From: Candidatus Lustribacter sp.
Lineage (GTDB): Bacteria; Vulcanimicrobiota; Vulcanimicrobiia; Vulcanimicrobiales; Vulcanimicrobiaceae
Assembly (NCBI GenBank): GCA_965277805.1
Contig: OZ255842.1
Coordinates: forward strand, 1,152,001 to 1,216,000
Direction of reading: 5' to 3'
Length of the DNA: 64,000 nucleotides
A program made the position numbers and the translations under genes. This document shows, piece after piece, positions 19,958-28,708 of this stretch (the stretch's first letter is position 1; every line of letters begins with the position of its first letter). A model generated the notes under the pieces. The model saw only the letters and a program-made list of their open reading frames with translations, searched no databases and was not told the DNA's origin.

Positions 19958-22900
19958 GACGGCAGCATCCGCTTCGCCGACGCCATGATGCGGAACGGCC
20001 GGCGCAGGAGAATGTAGGCATTTTGCGCGCTGTCCTTACCCCACGTGACCGACTTGTCGAGCGCCGTCGCGTCGTCGTCGCCGGCCGCGATCGCGACGTC
20101 GTGCGGGGCCGCCGCAGCGCGCAGAAACGGCGGCAGGGTGGCCTGTTGCTGCGTGTATCGCAGCACCGTCGACATCAGCCGCCGCGTGGAGTAGCCACCC
20201 ACGAAATTCGGCAGCGCCGTGACGCCGCCTGATGCGAGTCCGCCGCCGGTTGCGAAATTCGTCCACGCAAGTTCCGACCAGTACGGAACCGGTGACGTCA
20301 ACTCGGAAGGTTCCAGTCCGAAGCGCGGCTCGGTCGGGACTTGCTGGAATGCAAAATAGTAGCCGAGCGGTGCGGAGGGATCTTGGCCGCCGGCTTGCGC
20401 TGCGGTGAGATTGAAACCCAGGAACGTGATGTCGGTGCCGAGCGTGCCGCTGAAGATCGGGTGTTTGTATTCGGCTTCGGCGCCGGCGCTCTCGTCGAGG
20501 ACGATCTCGCCCTTATCGTTCTTGACGGCTTTGCCGGCGAAGATGATCGTGTTCGGATAGCGGCGCAGCAACTCGCCGCGCACGATCAGAACCAGGTTGT
20601 TCTCGACGATGCCGGTGCGGTTTTCATGCTGCCCTAAGCCGTTGGGGAGCGGCCACGTGTTAATCGGCGGGATGTCTCGCAGCAGTTCCTTCAGCGCGGC
20701 CGGATCGGTCGGATCGCCGGGTTGCGGCACGTAGGCGCTGACGTCCCAGAATTGCCGGAAGTAACTGCCGCGCTGATCGGTCGGATAACCGTTGACGAGC
20801 AGCTGACGTGCCATTTCGTGATTCAGTCCGACCATGTAGGCTTCGATGAACGCATGATTCACCTCGAGTAAACCAATGCTGTCGGGCGGTATTTGGTCGG
20901 CCCCGGGGCAGATGTAATTTTCGGAGAGGTCCCGCAGCGGCGCGTACATCGGCATGTCGAATGCCGGCGCGGCCATGATCGGTTGAATCGGATCCGGCGG
21001 TTTCCAGCCCAGGCGCGATACGTCGATGACGGCCGAGAGACGCTTGGGGATCGTGACCGTGGGATCGAGCCGCGCGAGCAGCGTCGTCTGTATGGCGGCC
21101 AGATCGAGCGCGGGTTTCATCACGTCGAGCGGTTGCGGCACGCTCAGCAATCCGGCGAACGACGTCGCAGCGGTGCGGAACGCGTTGGCTTGCGCCGAGT
21201 CGACGCTGCCCGTTGCAGTCACCGTTGCCGTCGGAGCACCGGGCGCAGTGAGCGCGAACGCCGGACGCTGGGCTGCCGCCTCAAACGTACCGGGCGTTAG
21301 GCTCGCGATGCGAAACGTCTCGCCGAAAAATAGCTTTTGCAGGGACGCGCGGACGGCCGGCAGCGCCGCCGCGACCGCGACGGCGGCCGCGACTGCCAGC
21401 GCGATCGCGGCAACGGCTCCGGCAAAAATCGCGACCAATGCAATGACCGCCAGCAGAACGAGCGCCGCAATCAGAACGAGCAGCCAAAACGGAAGTTTGA
21501 TCCCGCGCAGCCAGGCCGGCAGCAACTGTTCCGACACGCTATCGAGGCCGACCGTGCCGGCCGGAGGTTTCGCCGGCGGCACGAGTTCGAGCGTTCCGTC
21601 GTTCACCCCGGTGAGCAATGTCGCGGCGTGTGCCGGGTCGACGGCCTGACGGCGCCGCAGGGGGCCGAGTGGCCGCGTCACGCGCCGGAACGCGGCAGAC
21701 ACCATCCGTTCCGGAATACGGCTTGCGCGCAGATCGGCCAGCACGGTTTGCGGACTGCCCAGGATGCGAGCTTGAATCGGGGCCGTGAAGCGCAGTAGCG
21801 TTGCGGCTGCGGCGGGTTTCAGCTGGTTCGTGTAGAGCTGGACCATCGTGGCGCGCGCCAGCTGCGCTTGGCGCAGCAGGCGATTCGCTTCAAGCACGCC
21901 GGCGACTTGCTGCCACGCCGACGCCAGCAGCGCGGTGCGCTTCGTCTGCACGACCTCGGTGCCGAAGCCGCCCGGCGTGCGATTGCGCGGGTCGAGGTTG
22001 AGTTCGTCGATCCAGCGCGTTTGCGTGCGGTCGACCGACGACACGCCGGCGTGCCAGCGGCCGTAGATCGGCGGCACGACGCGCGGATCGCCGGCATTGG
22101 GATGCGCCGGATCGTCGGTCGTCGACGTCGCGAGGTTCACCAGCGTCTCGAGCGCCGTTTGAAAATCGCTGCGCGCCGGGTCGGTCCATGCGGTCGGCTG
22201 CGTGCCGATGCGAATCAATGCGCCGTCGAACCCGAGCGGCGGGCCGGCACTCGGCAGGTGTGGACCTGGTTGATCGACGGCCACCGGCCGGGTGCCGACC
22301 GTCGCCGGCAGCACCTGCGGCACCAACCGCCGCACCAGCGACTCGAAGTCGCCTTCGTCGCTCGTGTGAAATGCGAAGCGGAAGTAAAAGGGCAGCGCGA
22401 ACGGCGCCGCCGCCGACGCCGTCGTGTCGCCTTTCCAGGCGGGATCCGACGTGGTGACCCCGGTTAGGTCGAGTCCAAGACCCACGCGCCGTCCTGGTTC
22501 GAACGCCGGGACGAGAAAGACGTCGTAGCTCGTTTCCGGTTCCAGCCGCCGCGGACAAATCAGCCGCGAAAGCGCGTGTCCCGGATCGGACGCGAGCGTC
22601 GCGGTGACGTCGTCCTCGTTCGTGATCTGCACGTGCGCCCAAGCCCAGCTCTCGGTGAGATCTTGCAGCGCTGCCATCGTGGTAACGCCGATTGATGGTA
22701 GCGGCACCGTTTGCGGCTTCGGCTCGACGAATTCGCCGCTCTTGAGAGCGATCAGCGCGATCCAGGGCCGCAGGCGATCGCCGTTGTTGATGGCGGGCGT
22801 GAACAGCCACGGAAAGTCGGCCACGCCGAAATCGAGCGCGGTGAGAAAGCTCGGCTCGTAGTTGCTGGTTGCCGCGCGCGGTTCCGTGCGCACGACGACG

Positions 22901-23118
22901 TTCGGATCGATACCGACGACGTCGCCCGGGCCGTAGAGGAAGACCGTCGTGCCGGGCGGGCTCGACGTCGAAACGGTTGCGCCGAGCGTCGCGGAAACGG
23001 TGAGGACGACGTCGAGTTGCGAGCGCAGGGGCAGCGGATCGGTGTCGGCATTGGGGATCGCCGTGCCGATGCCGCGCCGTAGCCACGGAAGAAAGTGATA
23101 GCGTCCGAGATCCGTCAT
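19954..23118 (-). CDS. Hypothetical protein, about 1054 aa, with an internal 45-aa uncharged segment (gene 3 of the operon)
   Basis: ATG at 23118 overlaps the upstream stop (ATGA) after GAGGTGG; FLPWLRRG, FPWLFTP, GDFESL, YMVGLNHEM, YPTDQRGSYFRQFWD. Confidence 0.9.
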   Translation of the reverse strand: MTDLGRYHFLPWLRRGIGTAIPNADTDPLPLRSQLDVVLTVSATLGATVSTSSPPGTTVFLYGPGDVVGIDPNVVVRTEPRAATSNYEPSFLTALDFGVADFPWLFTPAINNGDRLRPWIALIALKSGEFVEPKPQTVPLPSIGVTTMAALQDLTESWAWAHVQITNEDDVTATLASDPGHALSRLICPRRLEPETSYDVFLVPAFEPGRRVGLGLDLTGVTTSDPAWKGDTTASAAAPFALPFYFRFAFHTSDEGDFESLVRRLVPQVLPATVGTRPVAVDQPGPHLPSAGPPLGFDGALIRIGTQPTAWTDPARSDFQTALETLVNLATSTTDDPAHPNAGDPRVVPPIYGRWHAGVSSVDRTQTRWIDELNLDPRNRTPGGFGTEVVQTKRTALLASAWQQVAGVLEANRLLRQAQLARATMVQLYTNQLKPAAAATLLRFTAPIQARILGSPQTVLADLRASRIPERMVSAAFRRVTRPLGPLRRRQAVDPAHAATLLTGVNDGTLELVPPAKPPAGTVGLDSVSEQLLPAWLRGIKLPFWLLVLIAALVLLAVIALVAIFAGAVAAIALAVAAAVAVAAALPAVRASLQKLFFGETFRIASLTPGTFEAAAQRPAFALTAPGAPTATVTATGSVDSAQANAFRTAATSFAGLLSVPQPLDVMKPALDLAAIQTTLLARLDPTVTIPKRLSAVIDVSRLGWKPPDPIQPIMAAPAFDMPMYAPLRDLSENYICPGADQIPPDSIGLLEVNHAFIEAYMVGLNHEMARQLLVNGYPTDQRGSYFRQFWDVSAYVPQPGDPTDPAALKELLRDIPPINTWPLPNGLGQHENRTGIVENNLVLIVRGELLRRYPNTIIFAGKAVKNDKGEIVLDESAGAEAEYKHPIFSGTLGTDITFLGFNLTAAQAGGQDPSAPLGYYFAFQQVPTEPRFGLEPSELTSPVPYWSELAWTNFATGGGLASGGVTALPNFVGGYSTRRLMSTVLRYTQQQATLPPFLRAAAAPHDVAIAAGDDDATALDKSVTWGKDSAQNAYILLRRPFRIMASAKRMLPS

Positions 23119-26100
23119 GCGGCCACCTCGCTGAGCGGCAGAATTTGCAGGTCGGCACCGTCGGCCGGATTTGCGGCGCGATACGCGGCGAGCGCGTTCG
23201 TCGCCCCATAGTGTGTCGCAGCCGACGCGAGGATGTCGGTGCGCACCGAGAGATCGGTCGTGCTCGCAATCACGTATTGCATCGCATTGACCGTTACCGC
23301 GCTCGTGGTGCCGGGCGTCGTGAACGCCCGCACACCCTTGGTTCGCGTTCCGTTGCGGAAGTTCGCTCCATTGCGCGCGTAAGCGAGGTGCGTCGCCAGC
23401 GGCATCAGGTAACGTGCACCAAGCCGCAACGGGCTTTCGTCTTGGTCGATGTAGCCGTCCTGATACGCGACGATGCACGGCACGTCTTTGGAGTAGACGG
23501 CCGTATCGGATCCGATCGAGACGCCCGCGTGCATCGGCTGATACGACTGCGCGGAGAGTTTTTGATCGTCGGTGAGGTCGGTAAACTGACCGATCGCGAA
23601 TTGATCGGTGATCGGCGCAATTGCCGGGTGCAGGGTGGAACCGATCGCGACATCGGAGATCGAGAACTCGTTGCCGTCGGACGGCCGCGCGTTGCCGTAC
23701 TTGGTGATGACTTGGTCGAGCGGCACGACCTTCTCACGTACTTGGAGCGTGCCGAGCGGGTGTACGACCAGCGATGTGTCGCCGGGCGCTCGCGGTGCGA
23801 GCGAGATCGATGGCGCCGCCTCAGCCGGCATAACCGTGCTCCAGTTTTGCTGGTCACCAAGCGCAGCGGTCAGGTCTGGAAGCACTGCTGCGGCCGGCAG
23901 CGCGACGGGGGTGCTGTCGCCCCAACTGATATCGACCGAAGCACTGACGTCGATAAAAAGAATGTGGAGATGCGCGTCGCCGTGCACGTGCCATGGGCGC
24001 GGACCGGAGACCATGCCATCGACGCTGATGCTGGCGATGGAATCGCCGTCGTATTGGATGTCGAGCCCGGCCGAGAAGTCGAACTCGAACGAGAACGGCT
24101 CGAAGATGAAGAGGCAGTCGAAGCCGATCCAACCGTGGACGCTAAACCCGCCTGCCGCGGCGTAGAGGTCGACGTTTGCGCCGAACTGCACCGAGTTCGA
24201 GGTGACCGCGAAGTACGAGTTGGAGCTCAAGCGCGGATTGTCGCCGTCGCCGATTGCCACCGTGCAGCGCGCGAGTTGCGGAAAGCCCGGCGGTGGTGTG
24301 AAACGCGGGTTCAAGCCGCCCAGCGAGAAGGCGAAGTTCGGATTGTCGCCCCACGACAGACGCATGCCGAGATCGCCGGAGATCGAAAAGACGAGGACGT
24401 ACGAATCGTACATCGTGCCGTCGATCGAGAACAGCTGCGCGCCGAAATCGATCGTGCCCAGAACGTCGATATTGAGCGCGATGAGGGCAACGTCTTGGTC
24501 CGGCAGCGCGGCCTTGATCTCGCCGAGAATCGCAATGCGAATCGGATCGGGGATTTCGAGAATTACCCCGAGCGAGAGCGTAATGAGCGTCGGCGTTCCC
24601 CAACCGAGTTCGAACATCGGGCCGAACAGATACCGTCCTTCTGCCGGCGGGAAGAAGGCCTCGATGTTGCTGATGATCTGCGGCGCGTTGTTGACGGGGT
24701 CCGCCGGAAACAGGATCGAATCCAGCGTGTGCGCGCGCAGGCCGGCGCGCAACGCGTCCAGCGCCATCGTGCGGTTGATGCCGCCGAGGCCGCCCACCCC
24801 ATTGAGCGTGAAGCCGAACGAGAGCTGCACCGGCGGAAACTCGGTCGTGATGATCAGCAGCAGTGAGAAGCCGCTCGAACCATCGGGCAGCACGGTGTCG
24901 AGAACGCCGATGATCTTGACCTGCACGATGTCGGCGATGCTGCATTCGAGTACGCCGGCATAACGGTGTTTCACCGTGTCGATGCTCAGGTATCCGCCGC
25001 CTGAGATGAGCCCGGCATCGAGTTCCATGCCCAGGCCGTTGGGCGGTTTGAACGCCAGCGCGAAATCGAGCGGCCCGAGATTGCCGCGCGCGAAAGTGAC
25101 GATCAGCTCGAGGCCGATGCGGTCGACGGATACGCTGAACGGCCCGAGCGTTGCCGAGCCGGTGAGGCTGATCTCGACCGGAAGCGCGTTGCTGCTGCTT
25201 CCTCCGCTGCCGCCGACCGCGAGTTCGACGTGAAGCGTATCGAGATCGAACGGGCCTGCCGACACGTGCAGCGGAATCGTCAGCGCCGTGCTCGCGTTGC
25301 CGGTGAAGAAGAACCCGTTCGCCGCCGACCAGCCCACGCCGAAGTCGAAGTTAACGCTCAGTGAAATCGGGATGATCGACGCGAGGAATGAATCCATCTG
25401 CGAGGAGTCGACGAAGAACCGCCCGCCCGTGATCTTCGCGAATCCCGAGGGGCTCAAAACGCCGCCGCTGATGTCGGCGCCGCCGCCGAGCGACAACTGC
25501 TTTGCTTCGATCCCGATCCCGTCGGTTAGCGTGAGAACCGGCGTCGCCGCTCCGCCGCTCGGCGCGTAGGCGATCGAGAAGAGCAAATGACCGTCGAGCG
25601 CACTGGCCACTGCGGCAGCCGACGTGAGGTTGTTGAGAATCTTCGGCGGCGATCCGGCGCGGAAAACAAAAGCCAGCCCGCTTTGCACGTCGAGCGTCGC
25701 GTCGATGACGAAATTGACGGTGTCGGACAGCGGAATCGTTTCGGATCCGCCGCCGTGCGCATAGGGGACGATGGCGAGGCCGGCATCGGTGCCGCCGGCC
25801 GTCGACGGCCGCAATGCGATGAAGCTGACACCGACATCGACCGGAACGTCGTCCAGCGACCGCAGGACGCTGAGCAGCAGTTGCGTTGACGGTTTCGTAT
25901 CGGCTTCCGGTACGTCGTGTCCGGCGATGAGGGACTCCGCTTGACGGGGCAGCGCGCGCACGCGGTTGGGCAGGCTGATCCCCATTAACAATGCGCCGAG
26001 TGCGCTAACGGCTGCATCGGGGCTGAACGTTGCCGTGCCCCAGCCATAAACGTCCTTGAGCAATCCCGGGAAGTCGCCGAACACTTTCGGCAAAAGATCC

Positions 26101-26612
26101 CAGTGGATCACGTCGCGAACGTGTTGCGTCTGATAGATCGTGTCATCGGCATCGTATGGATGCCGTTCGAGGATGCCGGTGAACATGAGGAAACTGATCG
26201 CCATCAGCGACCCGTCGCTGAGCGCTTGCACGACGACGTAATCCAGCAATCGCGGAACGAACTGGTTCTGGATGTCGGTTTTTGCTAAGTAGTCGCCGGC
26301 TACGGCGAAGCCGCCGGCGATACCGTCGATCTCGCCAAAGATCTTGACGACTTCTTCGAGGAGTGCCGCATAATCGCCGGCTAGCGTTACTCCGCCGGTT
26401 CCGGCGGAAATGCTGCCGTTCAATGCCTCGATCGCGTCGACCAGTGCGCCGAGATCGAGTGCGGCTAGACCGATGTCGGCGCCGCCCGGCGGCATTTGCC
26501 AGCCGAGATTCGCCAACAGCGTAGCCGGCCCGCTGTCGCCGATCATCTGCTCGTGCACGATCTTGAGGCTGTTGCCGATGCGTTCGATGGCCTGGTCGAG
26601 CGAGGACGGCAT
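23115..26612 (-). CDS. DUF6603-like large beta-rich protein, 1165 aa (gene 2 of the operon)
   Basis: Gly/aromatic alternating strands: FKPPNGLG, GFTLNGVGGLGGINR, GPMFELGWGTP, SLGGLNPRF, YFAVTSNSVQFGA, GPRPWHVHG; family name recalled, not searched. Confidence 0.7.
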   Translation of the reverse strand: MPSSLDQAIERIGNSLKIVHEQMIGDSGPATLLANLGWQMPPGGADIGLAALDLGALVDAIEALNGSISAGTGGVTLAGDYAALLEEVVKIFGEIDGIAGGFAVAGDYLAKTDIQNQFVPRLLDYVVVQALSDGSLMAISFLMFTGILERHPYDADDTIYQTQHVRDVIHWDLLPKVFGDFPGLLKDVYGWGTATFSPDAAVSALGALLMGISLPNRVRALPRQAESLIAGHDVPEADTKPSTQLLLSVLRSLDDVPVDVGVSFIALRPSTAGGTDAGLAIVPYAHGGGSETIPLSDTVNFVIDATLDVQSGLAFVFRAGSPPKILNNLTSAAAVASALDGHLLFSIAYAPSGGAATPVLTLTDGIGIEAKQLSLGGGADISGGVLSPSGFAKITGGRFFVDSSQMDSFLASIIPISLSVNFDFGVGWSAANGFFFTGNASTALTIPLHVSAGPFDLDTLHVELAVGGSGGSSSNALPVEISLTGSATLGPFSVSVDRIGLELIVTFARGNLGPLDFALAFKPPNGLGMELDAGLISGGGYLSIDTVKHRYAGVLECSIADIVQVKIIGVLDTVLPDGSSGFSLLLIITTEFPPVQLSFGFTLNGVGGLGGINRTMALDALRAGLRAHTLDSILFPADPVNNAPQIISNIEAFFPPAEGRYLFGPMFELGWGTPTLITLSLGVILEIPDPIRIAILGEIKAALPDQDVALIALNIDVLGTIDFGAQLFSIDGTMYDSYVLVFSISGDLGMRLSWGDNPNFAFSLGGLNPRFTPPPGFPQLARCTVAIGDGDNPRLSSNSYFAVTSNSVQFGANVDLYAAAGGFSVHGWIGFDCLFIFEPFSFEFDFSAGLDIQYDGDSIASISVDGMVSGPRPWHVHGDAHLHILFIDVSASVDISWGDSTPVALPAAAVLPDLTAALGDQQNWSTVMPAEAAPSISLAPRAPGDTSLVVHPLGTLQVREKVVPLDQVITKYGNARPSDGNEFSISDVAIGSTLHPAIAPITDQFAIGQFTDLTDDQKLSAQSYQPMHAGVSIGSDTAVYSKDVPCIVAYQDGYIDQDESPLRLGARYLMPLATHLAYARNGANFRNGTRTKGVRAFTTPGTTSAVTVNAMQYVIASTTDLSVRTDILASAATHYGATNALAAYRAANPADGADLQILPLSEVAA

Positions 26613-28627
26613 TATTTAATCCAGGCACCCGACTTGAACGAGAAGGGGCGGGATTCTTCGATCAGCGCGAGCGTCGTGCCGTCGACCTTCACACCGTTGC
26701 GAGTGAGGTAGTCCTTCCAACTCCACGTGGGATCGGTGGGATACTCAATCACGCGCCCGAGCCCGTCAGACGGTGCACTCGCGGGCGAACTCGTGAGCGC
26801 CGCGATTTTGCCCTTCGAACTGTTTCGCCAGAGCGTCATAAATTTCGCTCCGTCGCCCGCGCCGCTCGAGGTAAGGTCGCCGGACGCCGGATCGCTGTAG
26901 CCCAGGTGTTCGCTCCAGAGGCGGCGCCGCAGCACGTCGACCGCATCGGAATTCGGTTGACCGTCAATGCCGTTGAAGATCAGGTAGTTCAGCTCGTGAT
27001 TGCGGTTGTCGCCGAACTGGTAGGCGTGGAAGAGCTGGAAATAATCGAGCGACGCCCCGTCGAGATTCGCCGAACCGACGGTCGCCCAAGTGTTATCTAC
27101 GATGGCTACTTTCGCGTGCACGTAGTTGGGCATGATTTTGCCGGCTTCTTGCGACCAGGCGGTAAAGAAGCCGATGCGGGTGGCGTCGGCGGCAAGTTTG
27201 TCGCGGATCTCCTTGATCAGCGCACACTGCCACTTCGCGTAAAACGGAATGTCCGGAATGACGTTTACCAAGATGATCGCGTTGAGCGCCGGCTTCGCTT
27301 TGATCGCGGCGATGAGCGCTTTGCCGATCGTCTCGTTGGTGAAATATTGGTTCTCGAAGTAAATGAATTCCGTCGCGTTTTCGATCGCGCGCAAGTACGC
27401 CTCGAGCACCCCTTGCTCGCCGTTGTCCAGCGGCGCCGGGAACGCACCGCCGTTGAGCGTGCGGACGAGTTGTAAGCTCGCGGCATATTCGCCGGTGCCG
27501 GGCGTCGCGGCGGGAACCGCTGGAATCGCCGCGATCTCTGCCGTTCCCTTTGCCGTGTTCCAATGCAAACGGAACGCCTCGTGCATGTCGTTGACCGCGG
27601 GACCGCGGACGCCGAGACTCACGTCGTGAATCGGAATGTCGGGATGCCATCCGCGTCGCGGCTCGTCGATGTTGTGCGTCGACGCGTCATAGTACGGCTG
27701 CGTGAAGGGCGAGCCCGTGACGATGACCTCGTTTTGATCGACCATCACCATCTTGGCGTGAAGGCGATTGAAAAGCGTGCGCGGGAACCCGAGGACCGAC
27801 GCTGCCGGCGCCGCGGTCTTGTAGTACTTTTGAACGTCGCCTTCCGAACCGGTCGGATGCGACGTGAGTAGACCGGCGGCCTTGCCCGCCGAATAGGCGA
27901 TGGTCTTGATGTTGATGATCGCCAGCACGAGCAGAATCGGCAACGTCAGCAGGACCAGCAGCGCTTCGCCGAAGATCGTGAAGTACGTCGTCCACGATGC
28001 GGTGTCGATGAGCATGCGAACCGTTGCGGGCTTTGCGGCGAGCGCTTTGAGCTGTACTTCCAGCACTTTGTCGGTGCTGTCCACGGCGCGCAGGGTGTCT
28101 TTGTCGAGCTTCGAGACGAAGTCGAGCACGATGCCGGGTTCATCTTTGTGCGGCACATCGAGCTCGAGCTGCATGATGTTGACTTCCGTCGCGGCGACAT
28201 CTAGCCGCGTGGCGACGTAGCCCCAGGCTTCTTCCGAATCGACCAGCGGACGGACGACATTGCCTTGGCTCAGGTATGGGAGCGGTTGCGCAGCCGGCAG
28301 GCCGAGCGTGACCGCCCAACCTTTGGCATCACGTTGGGCGATCGTGATTTGGCCGAAATCGAGGGTGCCGGAGACATCATCTTTCTCGACCGGCTTGATC
28401 AGGTCGCGGGTGCCGTTGAGGATGCGCAGCCGCAGCTTGCGGGCGCCGTACAAGCTAGCGAGCGCATCGTCGCCGTAGGGGCCGAGGGAGATTGCCCCGC
28501 TCGTGACTGCTACCGTCGCGAGATCCGTGTCGAACAGCGCGGAGATGTCGGTGAGCGTCGCGGTGAGGGCGACGGTCAGCGGATTCCCAGACTCATCGAC
28601 GATCTTGCCGGTAGCGCTGGTACTCAT
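26612..28627 (-). CDS. Phospholipase D family protein with two HKD motifs (gene 1 of the operon)
   Basis: HAKMVMVD and HAKVAIVD..ATVGSANL; IHDVS, IYFENQYF; GGAGGAG RBS; TAATG overlap with next gene. Confidence 0.9.
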   Translation of the reverse strand: MSTSATGKIVDESGNPLTVALTATLTDISALFDTDLATVAVTSGAISLGPYGDDALASLYGARKLRLRILNGTRDLIKPVEKDDVSGTLDFGQITIAQRDAKGWAVTLGLPAAQPLPYLSQGNVVRPLVDSEEAWGYVATRLDVAATEVNIMQLELDVPHKDEPGIVLDFVSKLDKDTLRAVDSTDKVLEVQLKALAAKPATVRMLIDTASWTTYFTIFGEALLVLLTLPILLVLAIINIKTIAYSAGKAAGLLTSHPTGSEGDVQKYYKTAAPAASVLGFPRTLFNRLHAKMVMVDQNEVIVTGSPFTQPYYDASTHNIDEPRRGWHPDIPIHDVSLGVRGPAVNDMHEAFRLHWNTAKGTAEIAAIPAVPAATPGTGEYAASLQLVRTLNGGAFPAPLDNGEQGVLEAYLRAIENATEFIYFENQYFTNETIGKALIAAIKAKPALNAIILVNVIPDIPFYAKWQCALIKEIRDKLAADATRIGFFTAWSQEAGKIMPNYVHAKVAIVDNTWATVGSANLDGASLDYFQLFHAYQFGDNRNHELNYLIFNGIDGQPNSDAVDVLRRRLWSEHLGYSDPASGDLTSSGAGDGAKFMTLWRNSSKGKIAALTSSPASAPSDGLGRVIEYPTDPTWSWKDYLTRNGVKVDGTTLALIEESRPFSFKSGAWIK

Positions 28628-28708
28628 GCTCCTCCGAATGGCAGGCCGCTTGGTACGCCGTTGTACTACGGCATCATGCGCCGTCCCTGGGAGTTGCCTG
28701 GGAAGAGT

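Noticed and set aside
23145-24866. Long antisense ORFs (this 573-aa one, 16772-18214, 47397-48611 and others)
   Set aside because: Shadow ORFs opposite well-supported genes, expected in high-GC DNA, with no motifs
13816-28627. Operon as a prophage, eCIS, T6SS or Tc toxin locus
   Set aside because: No recognisable sheath, tube, baseplate, VgrG/PAAR, RHS/YD or integrase motifs; remote structural homology cannot be excluded without a search
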